NCBI GenBank assembly: GCA_014728075.1
Contig: WJMG01000091.1
Location: 13,181-77,180 of the forward strand
Direction of reading: 5' to 3'
From: Candidatus Omnitrophota bacterium
GTDB lineage: Bacteria; Omnitrophota; Gorgyraeia; Tantalellales; Tantalellaceae
DNA length: 64,000 nt
The translations under genes were made by a program, and so were the position numbers. Below are positions 9,240-16,536 of this stretch, piece by piece; position 1 is the stretch's first letter; the number at the start of each line of letters is the position of its first letter. Under the pieces are notes generated by a model that was not told the origin of the DNA, searched no databases, and saw only the letters and a list, made by a program, of their open reading frames with translations.

Positions 9240-11489
9240 TTGATAAAAATGGATCAGGTTAGAAAGAACGAAATAGTAGCTGTAGGTCTTTTCGCGCTGA
9301 GCCTTTTTCTGTTCCTCAGCATATTCACTTTCAGCGAACAGGATATAGCGCTTTTCACGAGCGATCCCAACCAGACGGCCCAGAATGCCACAGGTATCGT
9401 CGGAGCCTATGTGGGGGGCTTCCTGGTGTTCCTTCTCGGGATGGCATCTTATGTTATTCCTCTTCTGGTGCTGGTATGGGCTTTCACAAGGCTCCTGCAG
9501 TCCCGCCCGTCAAAGTTGTTCATGAAACTTTTCGGCACCGCGGTCCTGGTGACCGCGGTCAGCGCCAGTCTGAGCATGATGGCCGATTCCAGCAGGGTGA
9601 TGGCTTTCCGCAAGGGAGGGCTTATAGGTTCGCTGTCATCCGAGTTCCTTCTCGAGTACCTCGGCAGGGTAGGCGCAAATGTTTTTATAGGCGCCATGAT
9701 AGTCCTTTCCGTCCTGGCGGCTACAGAATTCCTTATACTCCCTCTCCTTATGAGCGTGATCAACTTTTTCAGGGACCTGCCCGCCAGGGTAAAACAGACT
9801 TTGCCCGAGGGACGGGAAAAAGAGGAGTCTGAGACCGTCAGGCAGCGAGTGGCGTCCGCCAGGGCCGAGATATCGAAGAAGATAAATGACATGAAAGCAC
9901 GCGCGGAACAGGCAAGGCAGGAAGCCGAAGAAAAGAAAGCAGAGCTGAAAGCCCTTAAAGAACGCACCGCCGCCCCGGAGCCCAAAATAGAGACATCCAG
10001 GACTTCCCCGAAAGCCGCGCCCGCTCCCGAAAGGGTAGCTCCCGTTTCAGACGGCAATACGGGGCAGAAGATAGATTACAAAATACCCTCCATACAGATC
10101 TTGAGAGCCCCTAAAAAGGTCAACATAAAGGAAAGGGAGAGTGACCTCAAGACCAAGGCCGCGATACTGGAAAGGACCCTGCTTGAGTTCGGGGTAGAAG
10201 CCAAGGTGGTAAAGATAAACAGGGGACCTGTTATTACTATGTATGAGCTTGAGCCTGCCGTAGGCACCAAGGTTAACAGGATAACATCCCTGAGCGATAA
10301 TATATCCCTGGCGATGAAATCCGCTAACATACGGATAGTCGCTCCGCTTCCCGGGAAGGGTACCATAGGCATAGAAGTTCCGAACGCCAAAAGCGAACTC
10401 GTTCGTATGAGGGATATACTGGAGACTTCGGAATATGCCGGGAACGAAGCTCCGCTCAAATTGGCTATCGGTAAGGACATAGGCGGGACACCGATAATAC
10501 TTGACCTGGCCAAAATGCCTCATTTGCTCATAGCGGGGGCTACGGGGTCGGGGAAGACCGTATGCATCAACTGCATAATAACCAGCCTTCTTTTCAACTC
10601 CACGCCCGACGAGGTCAAATTTCTCATGATAGACCCGAAAAGAGTTGAGTTGATGCCCTTCGAGGGTATACCCCATCTCGCTTCTCCTATAGTCACCAAT
10701 CCCAAAAAAGCGGCATCGGCGCTTAACTGGGCCATTTCGGAGATGGAAAGGCGTTACGAGGTATTCGCCGAGAAAGGTGTGCGTAACATAACCGCCTACA
10801 AGGAACGCATGGAGGAAGATGACGAGAACCTTCCTTACATTGTCATAATAGTCGATGAACTTGCCGATCTCATGATGGTGGCTCAGCAGGATGTCGAGGG
10901 GTCCATAATGCGTCTCGCCCAGCTCTCCAGGGCTGCCGGTATCCACATGATACTGGCCACGCAGCGGCCTTCGGTAAATGTCATCACGGGTACGATAAAA
11001 GCGAACTTTCCCGCCAGGATCTCCTTTAAGGTAGCTTCCAAAGTGGATTCCAGGACGGTTCTTGACGCCAACGGAGCCGAAAAGCTCCTGGGCAGAGGCG
11101 ATATGCTCGTAATGGAGCCCGGTGCCGCCGCTATCACCAGAGGACAGTGCAGCCTCGTTGAGGACGGTGAGATCAGGCAGGCAGTAAAGAACATAAAGTC
11201 ACAGGCAGGCCCCCGGTACATAGAGGAGGCCGTGGAGAAGCAGGAGACCAAAGCGGTCGGTGTGGAACAGGAAAAGGATGATCTTTACGACGAAGCCGTC
11301 AAGATAGTGGTGACCACGAAACAGGCTTCCGTTTCAATGGTCCAGAGAAAGCTTAGAGTAGGGTATACCAGGGCCGCGAGAATGATAGACATCATGGAGG
11401 AAGAAGGCATAGTCGGCCCGTACAACGGGTCCAAACCCCGGGATATACTCATCGAGGATATAGACGATCTCGTTGAACAGGAAAAATAA
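9240..11489 (+). CDS. ftsK: DNA translocase FtsK/SpoIIIE
   Basis: N-terminal TM segments, a linker rich in charged and proline residues, an FtsK ATPase domain (LLIAGATGSGKTVCINCIITSLL) and a C-terminal gamma wHTH domain. Confidence 0.9.
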   Translation: MIKMDQVRKNEIVAVGLFALSLFLFLSIFTFSEQDIALFTSDPNQTAQNATGIVGAYVGGFLVFLLGMASYVIPLLVLVWAFTRLLQSRPSKLFMKLFGTAVLVTAVSASLSMMADSSRVMAFRKGGLIGSLSSEFLLEYLGRVGANVFIGAMIVLSVLAATEFLILPLLMSVINFFRDLPARVKQTLPEGREKEESETVRQRVASARAEISKKINDMKARAEQARQEAEEKKAELKALKERTAAPEPKIETSRTSPKAAPAPERVAPVSDGNTGQKIDYKIPSIQILRAPKKVNIKERESDLKTKAAILERTLLEFGVEAKVVKINRGPVITMYELEPAVGTKVNRITSLSDNISLAMKSANIRIVAPLPGKGTIGIEVPNAKSELVRMRDILETSEYAGNEAPLKLAIGKDIGGTPIILDLAKMPHLLIAGATGSGKTVCINCIITSLLFNSTPDEVKFLMIDPKRVELMPFEGIPHLASPIVTNPKKAASALNWAISEMERRYEVFAEKGVRNITAYKERMEEDDENLPYIVIIVDELADLMMVAQQDVEGSIMRLAQLSRAAGIHMILATQRPSVNVITGTIKANFPARISFKVASKVDSRTVLDANGAEKLLGRGDMLVMEPGAAAITRGQCSLVEDGEIRQAVKNIKSQAGPRYIEEAVEKQETKAVGVEQEKDDLYDEAVKIVVTTKQASVSMVQRKLRVGYTRAARMIDIMEEEGIVGPYNGSKPRDILIEDIDDLVEQEK

Positions 11490-12267
11490 CATGCCGACCC
11501 CCAAGGAAATAGGCAACATTTTCAAGGAAGCCCGGAAGAAGAAGGGCTTAAGCGTCCTCGAAGCGGCTCACAAAAGCCGGATACTGGAAGAGGTGGTCAG
11601 GGATATCGAGACAGGTGTTTTCGACCGCCTCGGCAAACCTTATGTGAAAGGCTTTCTCGGGAAATACGCTAAATTTCTCGGGCTGGACGCCGATGATATA
11701 ATAGACCAGTACAGCTCGATATCTTCAAGGATCCCTTCAAAAGAACTGGATTTCGGACAGGACCCTAAGGAAAAGAAGGTCGATGTTCTTCCCGGGTACA
11801 GAAAAAAAAAGGTACAGGCGGCGATCGCTCTTTCCTTTTCGGCGCTTGTGGTCGTGTTCGTAATGTATCTTATAGGTTCCGCCCGCTCCAGGTCGGCAAC
11901 GAACGGCGGGAGGCGAATAGAGAGCGGGACCGCCGCGGAGAGACGCTCTTTATCCGTGAAACCGTCCGAAAGAACGGCTGTTACCCGTGACGGCAATTAC
12001 GAGCTTACGCTGAACGCCACCGGCGAGGTATGGGTGCAGGTCAAGCGGGGTGAGAACACGGTCTACGCCGGGATCATGCAGAGAGGTGACGCCAAGACCT
12101 TCTCCGATGACGGGCCGCTTACCGTCCTGACGGGAAAAGGGGAAGAACTGGAATTCGCTTTTAACGGCACGGACCTCGGCGTAATAGCCGAAGGTGTGGT
12201 CAAAGACATACGGGTCTCATCTGACGGTATAAAGGTCGGTTCAAGATGGGCAGTCCGGGGAAAATAG
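11473..12267 (+). CDS. RodZ-like cytoskeleton protein (XRE-type HTH, one TM segment, C-terminal DUF4115-like domain)
   Basis: An N-terminal HTH (GLSVLEAAHKSRILEEVVRDIE), a central TM segment (AIALSFSALVVVFVMYLIG) and a C-terminal beta-rich domain. Confidence 0.6.
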   Translation: MNRKNNMPTPKEIGNIFKEARKKKGLSVLEAAHKSRILEEVVRDIETGVFDRLGKPYVKGFLGKYAKFLGLDADDIIDQYSSISSRIPSKELDFGQDPKEKKVDVLPGYRKKKVQAAIALSFSALVVVFVMYLIGSARSRSATNGGRRIESGTAAERRSLSVKPSERTAVTRDGNYELTLNATGEVWVQVKRGENTVYAGIMQRGDAKTFSDDGPLTVLTGKGEELEFAFNGTDLGVIAEGVVKDIRVSSDGIKVGSRWAVRGK

Positions 12268-12281
12268 AACAGGCTCTCGAA

Positions 12282-13619
12282 ATGTCAAAGATATATCTCT
12301 TAAGCCTTGGGTGCCCGCGTAACATGAACGACAGTGAACTTCTGTTGTCCATGCTGGAAAAAGAAGGGTTCTCCGTTACCGACGACCCTGTCTCCGCCGA
12401 TGCCGCGATAGTGAATACCTGCGGGTTCGTGGAAGACGCGAAGCGTGAATCCATAGATGTGATTCTGCGTCTCGCGGAGTTGAAAAAAAAGGGTGACATC
12501 GAGCGCATAGTGGTAACGGGATGCCTTTCCCAGAGGTATCCCTCGGAACTGATGGATCAGATAGGCGAGATCGACGCTGTTTTCGGCACTTCCGATTTTC
12601 TGAAGATACCTTCCATGCTGGGCCTTGTCTTTTCGGGAAAAAGAATAAAAGAGGTCAACCCGGAACCGGATTTCCTTGACGACGGGACCACGGGCCGAAA
12701 GATCCTTACACCGCCCCATTACACTTATGTGAAGATACAGGAAGGCTGTTCCAACAGGTGTTCGTACTGTGTAATACCGGCCTTGAAGGGCAGGAGGAGG
12801 AGCAGAACGCCTTCTTCCATTATAACCGAGGTCCGGAGGCTTGTTTCTTCCGGAGAGGTCAGGGAGCTTATACTGATAGGGCAGGATACCACCTCGTACG
12901 GCATGGACCTGGGCCGGGAAGTACGGCTTCCCGCTCTATTGAGGGAGGTCTGTGCCGCTGCCGGAAATACCTGGGTAAGGCTTCTTTACACTCATCCCGC
13001 GCATTTTACCGATGAACTTACGGAGGTCGTTTCGGAAACCCCTAACCTCCTGAAATACATAGACCTGCCGGTGCAGCACATAAACGACAGGATACTGCGG
13101 GAGATGAACAGGTCCGTCAGCGGCGGGGAGGCGCGTTCGTTGATAAACGGCATCAGGAGACGGATCAAAGGCGTGGCGCTCAGGACTTCCGTAATAGTGG
13201 GGTTTCCCGGGGAGACTGAAAAAGAATTTTCGGAACTTCTTGATTTCCTGAAGGAAGTACGGTTTGAACGCCTGGGGGCGTTCGTTTATTCGAGGGAGGA
13301 AGGATCGGCCGCCGCGGATATGCCGGGCCAGGTGCCGGATGCCCTGAAGAAAGAGCGGTTTGACAGGGTGATGACCCTTCAAAGGGACATCTCCGCCGAG
13401 AACAACGCCTCGCTTATCGGTAACGAACTCGATGTTCTGATAGACGAGCCCGCCGGGGAAGGGCGTTATGCGGGGAGGTCCTATATGGACGCGCCCGAAG
13501 TGGACGGTGGCGTGTTCGTTCTGGGCGAGGGGCTATCCGCGGGTGACCTGGTAAAGGCCAGGATAACTGGAGCCATGGAATATGACCTGGTAGGAGAACT
13601 GACAGATGAACCTGCCTAA
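12282..13619 (+). CDS. rimO: Ribosomal protein S12 methylthiotransferase (radical SAM, MiaB/RimO family)
   Basis: IYLLSLGCPRNMNDSE is the UPF0004 domain. The radical-SAM motif CSNRCSYCVIP and a C-terminal TRAM domain are also present. Start set at ATG 12282. Confidence 0.85.
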   Translation: MSKIYLLSLGCPRNMNDSELLLSMLEKEGFSVTDDPVSADAAIVNTCGFVEDAKRESIDVILRLAELKKKGDIERIVVTGCLSQRYPSELMDQIGEIDAVFGTSDFLKIPSMLGLVFSGKRIKEVNPEPDFLDDGTTGRKILTPPHYTYVKIQEGCSNRCSYCVIPALKGRRRSRTPSSIITEVRRLVSSGEVRELILIGQDTTSYGMDLGREVRLPALLREVCAAAGNTWVRLLYTHPAHFTDELTEVVSETPNLLKYIDLPVQHINDRILREMNRSVSGGEARSLINGIRRRIKGVALRTSVIVGFPGETEKEFSELLDFLKEVRFERLGAFVYSREEGSAAADMPGQVPDALKKERFDRVMTLQRDISAENNASLIGNELDVLIDEPAGEGRYAGRSYMDAPEVDGGVFVLGEGLSAGDLVKARITGAMEYDLVGELTDEPA

Positions 13620-14196
13620 TAAGCTCACCATAGCCAGAATAGTTCTAGCGTTTATATTCATGGTGCTTCTTTTCTGTAATTCCGTGACCTGCAAAGTTCT
13701 GGCGCTGCTTACCTTTCTGGCGGCCTCTTTCACCGATTACCTGGACGGCTTTATCGCCAAAAAATTCAACATCACATCCGATTTCGGGAAGATCATGGAC
13801 CCGGTGGCCGATAAGATCCTTACCATAGCGGCTTTTCTGGCTTTTGTGGAACTGAAGCTCGTACCCGCCTGGACGGTAGCTGTCATAATTCTTAGAGAAC
13901 TGGTTATCACGAGTATGCGCCTCAGGGCCCTTCTGGACAGGGAAGTCCTGCCTGCCGGAATGGCGGGCAAACAGAAAACGGTCTCTCAGATCGTTACTAT
14001 AGTGGCGATACTGGTGTTTATAGTTTTTAAGGAGACAGGAGTAAGGGCTTTCGGGTTCTGGAACGAAACATTCGAGTACTGGTACAGGCAGGGGATATTC
14101 ATCATGATGCTTGTTACGGTCGCTCTTACTCTTATAAGCGGGTTCTCCTATATGCTGGGCAACAAGAAATACCTTTTCGGTAACGGCAGGATGTAA
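13606..14196 (+). CDS. pgsA: CDP-diacylglycerol--glycerol-3-phosphate 3-phosphatidyltransferase
   Basis: The CDP-alcohol phosphatidyltransferase motif DYLDGFIAKKF...GKIMDPVADKIL is present. Confidence 0.85.
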   Translation: MNLPNKLTIARIVLAFIFMVLLFCNSVTCKVLALLTFLAASFTDYLDGFIAKKFNITSDFGKIMDPVADKILTIAAFLAFVELKLVPAWTVAVIILRELVITSMRLRALLDREVLPAGMAGKQKTVSQIVTIVAILVFIVFKETGVRAFGFWNETFEYWYRQGIFIMMLVTVALTLISGFSYMLGNKKYLFGNGRM

Positions 14197-14639
14197 TGAA
14201 GAACCTTCACGAGAACATTTCCACTCTTTTCGGTCTTGGCAGGATCCCTTTCGCCCCGGGCACATGGGGGTCGTTCGCGGGCCTGCTGGTCGCTATAGTC
14301 TTTCGCGGGAGTCCTCTTTTGCTGGGTCTGCTTTTCGCTCTGCTTTTCCCCCTGGGAGTATTCTCCTCAGGGGTGGCCGAAAGACGCGCCGGGAAGAAGG
14401 ACCCTTCCGATATAATTATCGATGAATTTGTATGCATCCTGCCGATCTTCATAATAACGCCCGCGGAACCTTTTTACTTCGCGGCGGGTTTCCTTTTTTA
14501 CAGGCTGATAGACATTATCAAGCCACCTCCTTTGGGCTATTGTGAAAAGATAAAAGGAGGATGGGGGATAATGCTCGACGATCTCGGCGCCGCCGTATAT
14601 ACGACCGTTATATTACGGCTGCTTTCCCTTCTGATATGA
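14196..14639 (+). CDS. pgpA: Phosphatidylglycerophosphatase A
   Basis: LFGLGRIPFAPGTWGSFAGLL...GWGIMLDDLGAAVYT is the PgpA family signature. The gene overlaps the pgsA stop (TAATG). Confidence 0.8.
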   Translation: MKNLHENISTLFGLGRIPFAPGTWGSFAGLLVAIVFRGSPLLLGLLFALLFPLGVFSSGVAERRAGKKDPSDIIIDEFVCILPIFIITPAEPFYFAAGFLFYRLIDIIKPPPLGYCEKIKGGWGIMLDDLGAAVYTTVILRLLSLLI

Positions 14640-14688
14640 ACCACATATAGACCCACATCTATACATACTTGTCAGTTTTTCCCCTGGC

Positions 14689-14716
14689 TTGACACCTCAT
14701 TTTTTCCCTGTATACT
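14689..14716 (+). promoter_or_regulatory. Candidate sigma70-type promoter (TTGACA-N16-TATACT) upstream of the signalling operon
   Basis: TTGACA lies at 14689-14694 and TATACT at 14711-14716. The predicted TSS (about 14723) falls inside the first copy of the repeated TCAAAATACCTTG motif. Confidence 0.35.
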
Positions 14717-14963
14717 CAAAATACCTTGATAATTTATAACAAATCACATCAATAGCTACCTGTAAATATAGAAAAGCGGTGAATTGTATAAAAAGTAACG
14801 GCTTTTATAATTCTTGAACAAGGACTTTATAATGATAATTTATATGCTGCATATCTTCAGGCATATGCTGGAACATGTTGATATCCAAAGATATAGAAAA
14901 ACGGGTTCAGGGAACTCCGATCAAAATACCTTGTAAATTCAAATCGAATAAAGGGGTGGGAGA

Positions 14964-15149
14964 ATGATAAGTACGGTTATGACTGTCGAGGAACTCGCTA
15001 AATACCTCAAAATGAAAGTGGTTACGATCTATAAGCACGCTCAGGAAGGGAGAATACCGGGTTTTAAGGTAGGGTCCAAATGGCGCTTTAAAAAAGAAAC
15101 CATAGATGAATGGATCAGCCGGCAGGAAAGGCGTACCGGCCAATTTTAA
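14964..15149 (+). CDS. Small excisionase-family (MerR-superfamily, HTH_17) DNA-binding protein
   Basis: 61 aa with MTVEELAKYLKMKVVTIYKHAQEGRIPGFKVGSKWRFKKETIDEWI, which matches the excisionase/XIS HTH pattern. A GGGGTGGGAG RBS lies upstream. Confidence 0.7.
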   Translation: MISTVMTVEELAKYLKMKVVTIYKHAQEGRIPGFKVGSKWRFKKETIDEWISRQERRTGQF

Positions 15150-15162
15150 AGAAAGGATTCCC

Positions 15163-16536
15163 ATGGATTTTAATATCGCAGAAATAGATAATAGGAATAC
15201 TCCTAGAGTTCAATTAAATCTTCCTATTAAAATAAACAACAATAAGGGAGAAACAATAGATTTTAATGAATTAGGAATGGGATTTCGTACGCTAAATAAG
15301 ATTGAAAAAAGGGATTACAATGCAGAAATTAAACTAGATAGTGGGTGCATTGATTTTAATATTGAGATAATTTGGTCAAAGAAGGATAAAAAGTCAAATA
15401 CATACATCCATGGTGCAAAATTTTCAGAAATAAACCCTGTTAAGTTACAAAAAATAAGAAAAAAAGTTATTATCACAAAGTTGAAAAACACTATTAAATC
15501 TTTTTCTCTAAAAGCAGATAAGAAAGACTTAATGAGATTTTCAAAAGAAGTCTTAGCTTATTTGTCTTCCTTATATCATCTCTCAGAAAAACTAGATTCT
15601 GGCAATATGAGAGTTAAAAATGCATCAGAATTTTTAAAGACTAGAACAGACAAGGTGATGGAGGAAGCTAAAATTTTTCAAGATTCGATTAATAATAAAC
15701 TATTGGAGAAAAAAGCCAAAAAAGATTTTCGTGACCTGACGAGTTCTTGGGCCTATAAAGGGTTTATTGTTAAGAGATCTTTTGATAAGCCTCGAGGGTA
15801 TCCAGGTGATTTTAGGATAATGGAATATATTTATGACGAGATTTTAATATCAAAAGGGATTGGCCAGTGTTTTGATGTGTATTTCCAGAATAATGAATAT
15901 GCAGAAGCTGTTAGGAAAAGAAAAGACTGGATGAGGAGATATTTGGAAAATTTCATATCGGAAAAAAATAAGAAAAACATAAATATTTTAAATATAGCTT
16001 GTGGATCAAATCGAGAAATCAGAGAACTTTTGCATAATAAACCTTATGTTTATACACATCTTTCTGAAAAAGGAAAGAAAGTGATTTTGAATTTATTAGA
16101 TCAAGATAATGAAGCATTAGCCTTTTCTAACTTAAATCTAAAGTCTTTTAATCGTTTCGTTGACATAAGATTGCTTGATAATGATATTATGGATTTAACA
16201 AAAGAAAATGAAGTTCAAATTAATCAAAGCATGGATTTGATTTATACAATTGGATTGGCAGATTATTTACCAGACAGAATCTTGGGAAAGTTGCTCAATA
16301 GATGTGTGGATAATTTTTTAAAAAAAGATGGGAAGTTAGTTATTGCTCATAAAGATATTTCTCGTTATAGACCTATGCCTCCAAACTGGTTTTGTGATTG
16401 GAATTTTTATTCAAGAAATAAAGATGATTTAAATAATCTACTAAAAAAACATGTTGGATTTGATACTGTTGATGTTCAGTATTACAGAGATGATACTGGA
16501 ATTATTATTTTCGCAGAGTTGACAAAAATAAAATGA
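15163..16536 (+). CDS. PilZ-domain :: class I SAM-dependent methyltransferase fusion protein (putative c-di-GMP-responsive methyltransferase)
   Basis: The N-terminus has RNTPR (RxxxR) followed 19 aa later by DFNELG (D-x-N-x-x-G, a variant of PilZ DxSxxG). The C-terminus has methyltransferase motif I (ILNIACGSNREI), an acidic beta2 (LNLLDQDNE) and post I/III motifs (IRLLDNDIMDL; MDLIYTIGLADYL). ATG 15163 has a GAAAGGA RBS. The gene is markedly AT-rich. Confidence 0.6.
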   Translation: MDFNIAEIDNRNTPRVQLNLPIKINNNKGETIDFNELGMGFRTLNKIEKRDYNAEIKLDSGCIDFNIEIIWSKKDKKSNTYIHGAKFSEINPVKLQKIRKKVIITKLKNTIKSFSLKADKKDLMRFSKEVLAYLSSLYHLSEKLDSGNMRVKNASEFLKTRTDKVMEEAKIFQDSINNKLLEKKAKKDFRDLTSSWAYKGFIVKRSFDKPRGYPGDFRIMEYIYDEILISKGIGQCFDVYFQNNEYAEAVRKRKDWMRRYLENFISEKNKKNINILNIACGSNREIRELLHNKPYVYTHLSEKGKKVILNLLDQDNEALAFSNLNLKSFNRFVDIRLLDNDIMDLTKENEVQINQSMDLIYTIGLADYLPDRILGKLLNRCVDNFLKKDGKLVIAHKDISRYRPMPPNWFCDWNFYSRNKDDLNNLLKKHVGFDTVDVQYYRDDTGIIIFAELTKIK

